NCBI RefSeq assembly: GCF_000150275.1
Contig: NW_002060951.1
Span: 2,056,297-2,120,296 of the forward strand
Origin: Trichoplax adhaerens
Lineage: Eukaryota; Animalia; Placozoa
Reading direction: 5' to 3'
DNA length: 64,000 bases
Shown: piece after piece, positions 1-12,611 of the stretch
Position numbering within the stretch: the first letter of the stretch is position 1
How the letters are laid out: the number at the start of each line of letters is the position of its first letter
Translations under genes and position numbers: made by a program
The notes under the pieces: model-generated
The model's input: the letters and a program-made list of their open reading frames with translations, nothing else
Database searches by the model: none
What the model was told of the DNA's origin: nothing

Positions 1-3000
1 TCCTCAATATTTTCAGTGTCTAGCTCTAATTCTAATTAAGATCAGAAATCCAATTACAGAAAAGATCTAAGATATTAGCAAATATAGGTTGTGATATAAG
101 CTACCTTTCGATATTTTATCAGCGACATCGCTTGGCAGGTGTTTAATAACTTGTACTAGTTGGCTTTTACATCGCTGTAAGGCTAATGTATATTTTTTAT
201 CAAATCTCCATATTTTTGTTTATCTTTTTCAGCCTCGTTCAGATTTACTTCAAGTTGATCAATTCTTTCTTGCATACGCTTGTTATTAACTTGGTGCTGA
301 TCAGTTAATTGCTCTAGCTCTTGCTGCGATGCAGTAACTTCCTCTTGTTTTAGTATTAACTGTTGTTTTAAGCTATCAATATCAAGTTGCAAAGCTTGTA
401 ATTTCATCACTTTATCATCTAGCGCTCGCTGTGTTGCGTCAGCTTCAATCTGAAGTTGATTACTATCTCTCGTTGTTTCCTGATATTGCTGCTGCATAGT
501 TATATAATTATTTTCCAATTTATCTAAATTATCCCTCATACTTTCTAATTGTTTACGTTTATTTTCTAATTCTCTCTCGTAATCTTCAATTTGACCTACA
601 CTTTGATTGTAACGCTGATTTAAATCGGCATTTTGCTTCTTTTCAGATATAATTAAATCATTCAAATCGGTAACTGTAAGGTCTTTTTGATCAAGTTGTT
701 GCTGCAATTCATTTACTGTAACTTGAAAAGCAGCTTTTACGGATTGGTTTTCTTCCTGGCTATTTTTTAATTTAACTATAATTTCTTCTAATGCTAACTC
801 CTGTTTGCCTAAAGCACTCTGGAGTATACCACTATGTTGTCTCAAGATTGATTGGATTTTTTCAAGACCTTTCCGTCTGCCTTTTTCTCGCTCCAATTGG
901 CTACTTAGTTGTTGTAACTTTTGATCCATACCGGTATCTACAATATCAATATGATTTGTAATATTTTCAATCGATGTTTGCATAGAATTGTCGACTAAAG
1001 TAGGACGGATAATGTTGCTTTTGTCTTCTTGAAAATCTTGCGATATTTTTGTTAGATCAGCAGAATCAGTTGTTGACTCCATTATCGGCACCTGATAAAC
1101 TTTCTCAATTAAATCGTCTTGTGTAGGTAATTGCGTCAGACTCCTAACCTCAACATTGGGTTCAATGATGCTTTCAATAATTGCTTTTTGATCAGACATC
1201 GGTAACTGCTCATCAATATTAGCCTGCTGCATAGATCCCTCTTGTACAGATCTACCAAGAGATTCCTCTATTAATCGACGATTTTCCTCTTGTAATTGCT
1301 GACATTCTGATTCCTTTAATGCCAAATTTCGTTTATAATCAGCATGTTGATCAGCATGGTCATGACGTGTAACTTGTAAGTCTTGCGTCAAGCGAGCAAT
1401 TTTAGCTTTTAATTTAGTTAATTCTTTGCGACTTTCACTTCCAGCTTTGTGTAATCGATTTTCTAACTCCTCATTTTTAATTTTTAGTTCATTTAACTCT
1501 TCGAGTTTATCACCTGTTGATGGTAATGGTTGTGATAGAGCCGCTTGAGATGACTGACTTAACTCTTCCAGATGATCTTTCAACAAGTGCATTTGATTTT
1601 CAATCCTATCTTTCTCTTCTTTTGTTGCAGCATGATCGGACAACATATGATCGAAATCGTGCTTAAGAACTTGCAATTCGCTTTCCACTGTAGCTCGACT
1701 AACGCGTAACTGTTCAACCTGGGTTTCTTTAGCGTAATGCTCACGAGTTAACTCTTCAATATTCTTCTGTTGATCATCTAAAGTTTCTTGCAAAGATTCA
1801 ATCTCTTGACGCAAACCCTCCTTTTCTTGTTGTAGCATAAGTAATTGTTTCTCTTGAGCTTCTTTATTGCGTTCGATTGTATCATACTCATCCTTCACTC
1901 TATTCATTTCACATTGTAATGATTCCATTGCCTGAGTAAATGCCTGTTTTTCATCTTGAGCTACTTGTAACCCACTGCGAAGCTGTTCAATATTGTCCAT
2001 TAATTCTCGTAGCTGAGCGTCCTTAGCAATTTGTTGTTGTTGCAAGTTATTTAATTTCTCCTCTAATTCATTACATTTTGCTTGTAATAATTGCAAATTG
2101 TTTTCGTGATCTTTAACACATTGTTCAGCCTCTTGCAAGCAAACTTCCAGGCGTCGTTTATCTTCATTCAGCCTTTCGATAGCTGACAGTAATTCATTAA
2201 CCTCATTCTTACTACTATTCAGTTGATTTTCAAGGGAAGTTGCTTCTTCTAAATCAGCTTGCAAGCGATCATTCTCAATTTGTAACTCCTTTAATTTGGT
2301 ATTAAGTTGCTGATGTAAATCATCATGGCTGGCTGTAGCCTCTTTCATTGCTGCTTCACGCGCTAACATATCAGTCTCAATTAATGATAAATACTCAACT
2401 AGTTGTTTCTTTTCTTTTAACGACGATTGCCAGTGATTATCTAAATCGTGTAGTAATTGATCATTTTCTGTACGCAAATGGTTTACTTCCTTACTTTGTT
2501 CAGCAACTTTTTTATTTACTGAAGCTAATTCACTATCTAAGGCATTGCGTGCATCCTGTGTAAACTTTAGTTGCTTTTGGAGCCAATCTTGAGTGCCTTG
2601 TAGGGATTCGATTACAGAGTGGGCTGCTTTTAATTCTTGGGCTGTTTTCACTTTTTCAGTAATGCATTCATCCCATTTATGTTGTAATAGTTCCATTTCT
2701 TGTTGAAGATTCGTCACAGTCGCATCACGATGTTGAATTTCAACCTTAAGTGTTGCTAGGCGTTGCTCAAGTTGATTATTGTTAAATTGATATACATTTA
2801 GACGTTCACTTAGAGCTTGAACTGCCTTTTCTTTTGCATTGACATTACTTCTCGCCTCTTGCAGAGTTTTATCTAATGTACTATGACTTAATTTTAATTC
2901 ATCGATCTCAGCTGATAATTCATCCTTACTTTTAATAGCATTCTCGACAATTTCTTCTTTATTTTTCAATTTCTCCCGAGCTATAACGTATTTATTTTGT

Positions 3001-3347
3001 AGTTGGCTATGATGATCAAGCAATGACGAATGTTCATAGCTAATTGATTCTAACTGGCCCTCTAATTGGATTACGATTAACTCAGCTGATGTTTCTTCAT
3101 AGTGATTAGTTTTATCTTCATCAGACTCAGGCCGATCTCCAGATACTCTTTCGGCCATATCGGAATCACTGGTACTTGATCGCGAACTGAGTAATGCTCT
3201 ACCGCGTGCCAACTCACGTTCAATAACATCTTGATCAACAGGAATTGATGGTAATCCACTGCCATTCAGTAATTCCCTTGTACGCGCTAGCTCTCGTTCA
3301 ATTAGTGATTGTTGGCTATCGCCATTAAAATGGTTACTTTCTGTCAT
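1..3347 (-). CDS. GOLGA3: Golgin subfamily A member 3 (golgin-160)-like coiled-coil protein; 3'-partial, with apparent 1-nt frameshift at 193-198
   Basis: 1054-aa heptad-rich ORF. Segments QDWLQKQLKFTQDARNAL..HLRTENDQL..SLKEKKQL..IETDMLAREAA and QLEREKGRRKGL..ILRQHSGILQSALGKQE resemble remembered golgin-160 blocks. Coding continues in the -1 frame (KYTLALQRCKSQL..DKISK) to a GT donor at 104, an AG acceptor at 32-33 and a further exon (ELELDTENIE) at 1-31. Confidence 0.8.
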
Positions 3348-5435
3348 ATTAGTTTGTATCAGTAATAGGCGATTAAGCTCTATAAATTAATCAATTTCAC
3401 TGGAAGTTTAATATATTGTATCATAGTTAATTTTCCAATGGTTCTATGAATTTCTTAACTCCATCAATAATGGCAGTAATACTACATAACGACTGAACGA
3501 TGAATATTATTCGATTGCGGATATGCCCAATGCGTTAATTATCATTTTTCCTTACCTAAAAATGTTAACATTAGATGAAATCTATTTAGTATGAGGTATT
3601 GTAAAAAAATCGAAATATCCACCTAACATGATTAAGTTGCTCAATTAATTAGAGTTAAAGCTGACTACACTGTATATGTAGTTATTAATCCAACTCCTAG
3701 TTAGCCAGGTCGCATCATTAAATCAATGGTAATTGACATCTTGTGATTCTACAGTACTGTATTAAGATATAGAAAATTGAGACTAAAGAAATAATCAAGC
3801 AATCAACATCTTTACGCACATTAATATCACGTTAATCTAGTTCTATGGAATTAGTAAAGAGAACGTTTGTATTATCACGAGAAGTTAACCAAACGATATT
3901 TGTTGAAAATGTCATTCTAGTCGTCTAATAAATAGTGCCTGATGAAACTCGAACGAAATCGTACGACGTGTGAAGTACTGTAACAGTAATTTTTCCCGTA
4001 TAAATAAGCTGGTTAAGTACAATACAGTACATGAAATTGATCTGTACACTGAAGATTCTCAATAGCAACTCATAAAGTACTGGGTGTTATCAACTTGAAC
4101 ACTGTGTTGCAGGTGTAGTAAATTCGATAAAAATTATTAGCTACGCGTAGAGGCGTATTTGAAGCCATAATTAAGTCAAGAAAGCGCTGTATGCTCCAGT
4201 TTAGTAAGTGATTTTTACGATAATGGCTGAAGTTGGTCTAAATATCAATACATATTCCCTTTCTATGGATAAGAATAAAAGTGCTCGCTGAATGCTCTTG
4301 TATGGTTATAACAAATAAAATAATAAAATATTTAATTTGCTCGAATTATACGTATATTTCAATAACTATTTTGGTATCAAAGATGAGTTCTTTTCATCGC
4401 CTCGCCAAATAAGCCTAAGGCTAATATTAATATGCGTATACGGCGCGATAAATTAACGTAATCACTATTAGCCATTTTTAGCGGAAAATAGGGGATCACT
4501 GTGGTCCAAAATTTGACCCTGCTTCATCTTAAATCTTTTCTAATTTATTATGTCTGTAATGGACTGGAACGATTACAGAAACCATTAGTTTGGTTACCAT
4601 TAGAATGTGTTTACGCGTACAGTATGTTATGAGTTCGAAAGCAACAATCCCAACAAAATGGTTTATTGCCTCAATTAGGCATTCAGTACCGATGGTATTT
4701 TTATGTTTTAATTTGAGTTTATGCATAGCCTCTGTGTCTACAGTATGGCAATAATGTCGCCTTCAATTCCTGTCATAATTACTATCAGGTAAGTTGGAAG
4801 CTTTCCTTAAAGAAACGGATAGGTGGAATCCAATTCACCATATTATTAACCTTTATCAATGACTACGGACAAGATAGTACTATAAAAGTTGAAATTAAAT
4901 TCCTTAATTAGCATTACTTGAAAGCAATTCCAGCGGTGAAAGTTGATTCTGTCTGCTGCCAGACTAAGCAGAATCGTTACAGCCTTGATGACGGCAAAGA
5001 GATGACGCTACGATTTTACTCACGTTTTATGCTATAACCCTTTGAAAAAACCAATTCTCGTCAATCAACATTTCAACGTTATTGACTGTACAGTTTTAAT
5101 TCCATGGACGTGATGGAGTGCCTCCTACCCATAAACTTGATATTCGTATACTCGCCAAGTAGAAGCCAAAATTCAAGTTGCTGTTTGTAAGTTGGAACAG
5201 GAATTACTCAAGGCCAATTATACCACAGCAATTCACCAGCCTGTGACAACATAACAACCAAGTACGAGGATGACGTAGGACGCTGAAACTAGGCTAAAAC
5301 TTGGGTGAATTCGCTTCTTTTCTCAGAGCAGACATTCTTTATTGACTTAGTATTGTACTGTAGGGTGAAACGGTGTCGCGGCAAGAGTCAAGGATCATTT
5401 TGGGATGGGACGGTAATAAACTGAGGGTAAAGTAC

Positions 5436-5532
5436 ATTAACAGTACCGTACTGTACTGTTCTGTACAGTGTACAGTGTACAGTACTGTATACTGTACCTT
5501 CTAGCGTGTACAAACTGTACAGTACTGTACTC
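5436..5532. repeat. (TACAG/CTGTA)n palindromic low-complexity array upstream of the GOLGA3 leader
   Basis: cagtaccgtactgtactgttctgtacagtgtacagtgtacagtactgtatactgtac... Confidence 0.85.
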
Positions 5533-5671
5533 TGCAAAAACAACCTGGCAGCTCATTTGGAGCACGGTCGGGTACGATTGACGATTATCAGTTCCAGTAC
5601 TGTATAGCTGAAATGACCAGTAGAAAAATCGGCCTACTCATCGTTAGCCAACGATTGTGTCCTGTCTATTA

Positions 5672-6420
5672 GTACAGTCATAAATGAACACTATTTTAGT
5701 CCTACACTTGAAACTTACTGTACTTTATGCGCACGCGTACAGTATATGGAGGTACAGTACGTGCAATACATGATACAGTACAGTATACTGTATACTGTAG
5801 TTTTGTGCTGGCAATAGCGTACTGTACTGTATTTTATTTCTACTGTACTGTACAGTACAGTATATACTGTATATACACTGTATACAGTACAGTAGTCATA
5901 AATGAACACTACAGTACCGTATTGAAGTCCTACAGTACAGTACTGTACAGTGTACAGTACTTTATACACGTACTGTTACTACTGTACTGTAGTTTTGTGC
6001 TGGCAATTTTTGATTTGTACAGTCATAAATGAACACTATTTTAGTCCTACAGCTTGCAACTTACTGTACTGTATACGCGTATATGGAGGTACGTACATCA
6101 TATACAGTTTTTGTGCTGGTAATATTTATTTTATTTGTACAGTCATAGATGAACACTATTTAGTCCTACACTTGCATCTTAATGTACTGTACTGTATACG
6201 CGTATATGGAGGTACGTACATCATATATAGTTTTGTGCTGGCAATATATTTTATTTTATTTGTACAGTCATAGATGAATACTATTTTAGTCCTACACTTG
6301 CATCTTACTATACTGTATACGCGTATATGGAGGTACGTACAGCACATCGTATACAGTACAGTATGCAAAATCGGTAGTTACGTGCTGGCAATATTATATT
6401 CATGAATCTGTAAACGTGTA
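5672..6420. repeat. Minisatellite, ~120-bp unit, about 5 copies plus a remnant
   Basis: The unit gtacagtcata(a/g)atgaacactattttagtcctacacttg..cgcgtatatggaggtacgtac..ttttgtgctggcaat recurs at ~5672, 5890, 6017, 6137 and 6262. The first copies are expanded by TACAG repeats. Confidence 0.9.
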
Positions 6421-7065
6421 CGTAGCTGTACAGTCCATACATACAGTACATAATGGACATTCTAAGATTAAAAACCTTTCTCGTGCAGTTATCTCGGAAA
6501 GCAGTGATGCTGTTCCGATCTCTTTATATTGAACTAAATTCGACTGGTACATCTCTAGCAGTCTATTTGATACAATTTTACTTTCAAATATACACGTATG
6601 CGTGTATCTATTCTTATATTATACATACGTATATATAAATAGTGAATTATTAATACAAATCAATGATCTACACAACTAGGTATCTCAGTTTTGCCATTTT
6701 ACTGCTGTATCCGTATGTTGTACCAAGGACTTCTATGAAGTTCCTGGCTGTATCGAAAGAGTTTTACTGCCTCTAATATAAATAACAGATAACAGATAAT
6801 AGATATGATTGAAGACTTTACACATCGAGCATACCGCCTAATCAGGCGCTCATTCTTAGCCAAGAAGAACTAGTTCATAAAGACCCTGTATAGCGTATAT
6901 CGAACAAATAAGCCATGATTTCATGATTGCATAGAAATATGAGTATTAATACATCACAAATATCAAAATTGCAAGTCTGAAAAGGTTAATTTTATACACA
7001 AGTTTGAATTATCGTATCCGTCAATATCGTGTTCTTTCATACTTTATCATCAAACAGAGACCTGA

Positions 7066-9348
7066 CTATCTCACAAACGGTAATTTGGCTGACTTTTTCA
7101 GTATCTGACCCTGGCCAGAAAAAGCTTCGAATTCTTTGTCAATTGCAACGTCCTAAAATTATATTTGATATTGCACCAAGATTCTATTAAGCATATTTCC
7201 ACCGATAATGTTACCTAAATAAAGCTTACCGTATCGTCAGCCCTGTTGGCACACTTTTTAGGCCTGATAAATTTTAAATTCCCAATCTTATAATCATAAT
7301 TAGGTATGCCTCTGCTCAAAAAATGTAACACCTTCATCACATTATATAATTAACAATATCGGAAATAAACAGTATCATTTCTCCTACTATATTTACTTTT
7401 TCAATTCTTTCGGAACTGAAACAGCACTTGTAGCTGCACTTTTTTTCTTTTTACCATCTATCCTGTGTCCTTCACCTCCAAATATCTTGAATTCATCCTC
7501 ATCTTCCTCAAAGATTTCACTTTCATCTTCTTCCTCCTTTTCTTCTTCCTTAATATTTCTCTGTGGCTCTTTATAGTCAATTGGCGGGGCAAATTCAACA
7601 CTCATGTCACACTCAATGATTGACACAGCCTGGCCAGGCTTCGTTTCCATCACTAATAGCTCGTATACCTATAACCAATGATAACAATGTAAATCTTACT
7701 GCGGTCTAACATTTAGCGAACGATAAGTGCAATGCGGATCTTTACCTTATCATTGTACTTAATAGCGACAACATCTCCTTTCGTAAGACACGCAAATGAT
7801 CTCAGAGCATTCTCTAAACTATGGTGATAATAAAATGCTATCGCTAAGGATTATTTTAACTTACGTGCCATATGAAAGTATTTTAAATGATGATATCAGC
7901 AATACAGTATTATTTCGTAATAAAATTATAATAGGAGAGCAACAAAGATACACGGCTTTATGATTAGTTATATCCAGAAAATCGACAGAAAACGGCTGAA
8001 ATTTCGAATAAGTGGCCACTGGTAACGATGCGCTTTCAATACGAACTAAATCTCCCTCCGATACTAAAAGATTTCTCATCATCTGCAATAGAAGAGCAAA
8101 GCTTAAAGTCATGCAATTTAACATTACTAGAAATAATATCGCAATGTTAAACTTTGAACGCAAGTTAAAGAGTTATCATAAATGCATAGAATAGTCCATA
8201 TCCCCCAATTACTGTACGAGTGTACAATATAGGAAAACTTTACCCAATAGGGTATATACATCTTCCCCTCATCAGCAACAAATTCCAAAACACCGCAGTG
8301 AGTACTTCGATCACTTTGCTTGTTAGTAATCTTGAATAGCATCGGATATACAATATTTAGCCTGGCTGTATTTAACACAAAACAAGTTATTTTTCTCGTG
8401 GTAAAACCTTCTAAATCAAAGATTATACACTCTACAATGTACAGATTGCACGCGTTGCTAACTTTAGGTTTTGGAATACAGTAGGTTAAAATATAATACA
8501 CTATTGTATGAAACATCATTAAAGAATGAATTTACTTACTGAGAATATCAAGGGCTGAAGGTGGTAGAATTACTGGGTAAACGAAATAGACCGAATTAAC
8601 AAAAGAAATCAATTTGAAGTCGTTAGTAATTCAATATACTAATGTACGTGTATAGTCTTATTTTCAATGAAATAACACTAAGCTTACTCTTTCCTCCATT
8701 GTCCAACTCTTCACGGCTATCAGGCATCATCGAAACTGAATAACACCGTAAGCTGGTATTGTAAGAACGTGGCAATGAGCTACGAACGAATTCATACGGG
8801 AACTAGCAATTATTAGCAAAGGGAATATAGTTAGTCAGTTATAGTTAATACAATGAAAGGAAAAGCAAAATACATGTAAGAAATTGTACATACAATTTAA
8901 CAAAATGCCAGTATTTTAGCCAAGCTGGCATAAGTAATGATACACAATTTAATTATAAATTATATTTGTAGATAAACTCGGAAATTGTGCAGCATAATAC
9001 AACACAAGACCATTGAATTCGAGAAGAGTGTCACAATGAGATCAATGTTTGCAAACTATGCTATCAGAATACAAGTTTTGTTCAGTCATACCTTGCAATT
9101 TATTAGCTAAATTACAGTAAGCTTAAAGCTAGTGAAAAACTACATATTTTTGATCACAGAAAAAACAGCTTTCAAATAGAATTATACTGTTATTTATATA
9201 GAAGTTAAGATAACTTCCTTTTATTACAATGTACTCAAGATAGGATTTTTAATCATTATGATTAACGCCATTACGTGAATTCTGCTGTAACCTTCTTCAG
9301 TGAGAAGCATCACTGTAAATCGAAATACAGCGAGCCAAAACTTACCAT
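7066..9348 (-). CDS. UFD1: Ubiquitin fusion degradation protein 1 (p97/VCP cofactor), multi-exon
   Basis: ATG|GTAAG at 9348-9346. Spliced product: [110 protein letters not shown]-like [11 protein letters not shown] and FSGQGQIL; TAG at 7066-7068. Confidence 0.96.
7819..7951 (-). other. U12-type (minor) GT-AG intron in UFD1
   Basis: Donor GTATCTTT at 7951, branch-like TCCTTAGC at 7850-7843, AG at 7820-7819. Splicing gives KAV|LENALR in frame. Confidence 0.7.
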
Positions 9349-9862
9349 TCTTGAATTTTTTTTCTTTCTTCCAATTACGAGAGCCTCAGATTTAGAAGAT
9401 GTTATATGGATTATTTTACTGTATACTGTATTTATATATTAATTATATTATCGGTATGATTAAGTGCAGCATATAAAGTATTCGCATTTGATTGAAAAGT
9501 TAACAAGAGAATCCAGAATACAGTGGTAAACTAAAGTGCAGTAGGCGCAGCAGCGTACAGTACAGTATCTTTAGTAGTCTCTAGTAATACTATAGATTAC
9601 TTTACCAGTATGACTACTAAAAACAGTTCAGAACAGTACAGTACTGTAGAGTATTCGCATTACATTTTACCGTACTTACAAGACTCGCACTGCACATGCG
9701 CAGTGCGCATGATATACTGTGCATATAAATCACTGGACATTCAGTACTGTAGATCAAGTGCACTTGTGGGTCAAAATTGATAAAGATTAAAGATTATTGT
9801 AGTGTAATTAGTGTAGATACCTGACGAAATAACATTTATCATTATTCGTATGTCTTTCTAAC
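9349..9862. promoter_or_regulatory. Bidirectional promoter region UFD1/SIRT4 with a short TACAG array and an NRF1-like palindrome
   Basis: Head-to-head ATGs 514 bp apart; tacagtacagta runs at ~9555-9650; GCACTGCACATGCGCAGTGC at 9687-9706. Confidence 0.6.
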
Positions 9863-10750
9863 ATGATTTCCAATTCACGAAATCTGACCTCCTTTATACC
9901 ACATGCTCGTCAAATAACCCAAGAGGATGTTCAACTTGTTAGTGATTTCATGTTAAAATCGAAGAAGTTATTGATTTTGACTGGAGCTGGCGTATCAACA
10001 GCGTCTGGCATACCGGATTATCGATCGAAAGGTGTTGGATTATATGCACGTAGCAACCAAAGACCAATGCAATATTCGGACTTTCTGGAAAACGACGAGA
10101 ATCGGAAACGTTACTGGTCTCGTAACTTTACTGGATGGTCTCGATTTTCCTCTGTTAAGCCCAATTTAACCCATAATTTTATTGCTAAGCTCGAACAATT
10201 GAAGTTATTGCATTGGGTTGTAACCCAGAATGTGGATGGATTACATCAACGTGCCGGCAGCAGCCGACTGACTGAGTTACATGGGACTATGCACGAAGTC
10301 ATTTGCTTACAGTGCCAAAAAATTATTCTTAGACGAGAATTTCAAGACATATTATCGAAGCTAAACCCGAATTGGACAGTCAAATCTATTCAAACCGCTC
10401 CAGACGCTGACGTGTTCATTGCGGAAAATGAAGTTATGAAGTTTAACTTGGCCAAATGTGAATGCGGCGGAGTATTGAAACCTAATGTAGTATTTTTTGG
10501 CGGCTCTATCTCTAAAGATATTAATGAAGAAGTGAGACAACATGTCGATGAGGCTGATTCGATTCTCGTTGTTGGATCGTCGCTGCAAACCTATTCTGCA
10601 TATAGAATTATATCAAGGGCCAGCGACATGCGAAAGCCAATAGGTATAGTTAGTATCGGTGAAACACGAGCTGATCATTTAGCATCATTCAAAATTAGTA
10701 TAAACTGTAATCAATTGTTTGAAAATCTGCAATTGTCAGCTTATAGCTAA
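9863..10750 (+). CDS. SIRT4: NAD-dependent sirtuin, class II (SIRT4-like), intronless CDS
   Basis: GAGVSTASGIPDYRS, RKRYWSRNFTGW, VTQNVDGLH, ELHG, LKPNVVFFG, LVVGSSLQTYSAYR, IGETRAD. Confidence 0.95.
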   Translation: MISNSRNLTSFIPHARQITQEDVQLVSDFMLKSKKLLILTGAGVSTASGIPDYRSKGVGLYARSNQRPMQYSDFLENDENRKRYWSRNFTGWSRFSSVKPNLTHNFIAKLEQLKLLHWVVTQNVDGLHQRAGSSRLTELHGTMHEVICLQCQKIILRREFQDILSKLNPNWTVKSIQTAPDADVFIAENEVMKFNLAKCECGGVLKPNVVFFGGSISKDINEEVRQHVDEADSILVVGSSLQTYSAYRIISRASDMRKPIGIVSIGETRADHLASFKISINCNQLFENLQLSAYS

Positions 10751-10962
10751 TATATTTTAGCCCGTTATTTAGATGATTGGAATCTATTTTTTTAATGTAT
10801 ATATATATAGTCGTTTATAAATACTGAATACCTTAAAATATACGCTTATTTAAATGCAATGATTCATGAGCATAACAGATTGATCTAAACGCGATCTCAT
10901 GTATAGTAACTGCTTATTACAATATCCTATGGAGGATACGCGAGATAATGTAAACTGTACGA

Positions 10963-11240
10963 TACGGAATTACAGTATAATATTGCATAAAATTCAGCTT
11001 TCATAACTACAGTCAGTACCTACCTGTACCAACTAGTACCTCTACTAGCATCTGTAAGACATCTAAAATTGCGTGAAATGTGACAATTCATGGACGTAAC
11101 GTTCAAAGAATTAATCACTATACTGTACTGTACACGTGTACAGTACGGAATTAGTGTATAAAATTCAGCTATCATAGCTACCTGTGCCAGCTAGTATCTG
11201 CACGAGCATTTGTGTAGCATCCAAAAATTGCACGGAATAC
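10963..11240. repeat. Diverged two-copy direct repeat (~100-130 bp units)
   Basis: tacggaatt..ataaaattcagct(t/a)tcata..tacctgt(a/g)cca(a/g)ctagta..agcat..aaaattgc at ~10963 and ~11143. Confidence 0.75.
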
Positions 11241-12611
11241 TCATTTAGATATAGCATGCGAAATACATGTTACCTCTCATGAAAGATGGAGCTTACTATT
11301 AATTTGATCATATAAGCCAATAAAATTCGTTAACATCGTCTCAAAATATAGTGCTGCTATATTTTTATCTCTCTCTTTCAAAAGTTAAATTATATGAAGC
11401 TGTCACAGACAGAATTTATAGCTTGCATGATGCAATACGTTTTACGTTACTTTTACGGAGAATAACATGAATTTGTGAGCTGATACGTGTATATCATAGT
11501 ACAGTACAGTCTGTACCATAGACTTATACGACTTTGAGGTATTCTTGTAGAATTCTTTGTAAAAAAAATAGAAAGTGTAGACGTTATAATAGTCAATTAT
11601 ATAATTAACAGACAAAAGTGTAAACTACATTTTTATTATATAAATCTTAGATTGGTTATGCCCTAAGACTAATTATATAATTACTTTATTTTAATAATGA
11701 AATAATAATTAAAACTGATTTGTTGCTAAAATTTTACAGTGTGAGGGTTGATAAATAAATAAAACAAAATACCCTAATGCGATATGTGGATTATATGCAA
11801 TCAACTCTGATATACACGTATATACTGTATAATTTTACTTACTATTAAGTCATAATTACCAGTATATTGCATTAGTTACTGTAGACAACTAGACAATGTC
11901 TATCGTGAGTCACAGACGTACAGACAACCGACCTCGTCGATGGACTAATGGCTGAGGTGCTGTAAAATTGTAAAAACAAAATGACCTACAGTATTTATTT
12001 TTTTTATTATTTATTTTATATACTGTAGTTTAGTTTAAACAGTTTAAACCATTGTAAAAGCTAATTCGTTGAGTCACGTTACGTCATTTATTTCTTTGCC
12101 AACAGTTTCCACTAGACCACCACAGAGCCGTATCATACTGTGTACAGTACTGTACCATCTCTTCTTTCTTTAGTAACTTCGCAAGTACTTGTACTAACGT
12201 ACAGTACAGTACAGTTCTGTATATAACTTTGTATAGCAGCAAGTCTTGTATACTGTAAATCTCTACGTCATATGAGACGTCTCTAGGTTTTCTTTGTTTT
12301 AATGCCTCTAGCGTTATAAGGTACACATCGGGGAATAACGTATTGAATATAGGAAGGAGAAACGATTAGTTGGAATCCCTGCGTACACTCTGCTGGGATC
12401 AACTTACATAATAATGTGGTCGTAGAGATAAAGAAAACCTACGCTTACTACTCGGAAAAAAATGATTCCAACTTTTTTTCAGCAACTCTCCACTCGGAAA
12501 TTTATTTAATACTGTAGACCTGTTTAAATACTGTACATCAAGCTTTTCTTGCTTGGAGGGTCGAGAGTTCAGAGTTCAGTGCCTCCACTGCACTTAGCCT
12601 GCTTTCAGCTT

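Noticed and set aside
4385-4530. GC-richer stretch vaguely like an snRNA 5' end (atcgcctcgcc..ggctaa)
   Set aside because: No match to U2, U11, U12 or U4atac functional motifs and no proper Sm site.
4529-5340. 65-aa ORF and GC-richer DNA upstream of GOLGA3 as a separate gene
   Set aside because: No recognisable domain or consistent exon chain; more simply the GOLGA3 5' leader and intron.
5715-6368. Y/C/T/V/Q/S-rich ORFs here and at 12538-12839, 38432-38790, 46920-47201, 52787-53065 and 60488-61293
   Set aside because: They are translations of the TACAG/CTGTA repeats, open on both strands, and are not proteins.
5672-6420. Regularly spaced repeats as a CRISPR array
   Set aside because: The whole unit repeats with no unique spacers, there are no cas genes, and the context is eukaryotic.
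9863-10750. SIRT4 as a bacterial horizontal transfer
   Set aside because: It has the eukaryotic SIRT4 N-terminal FIP segment, and its base composition resembles neighbouring exons.
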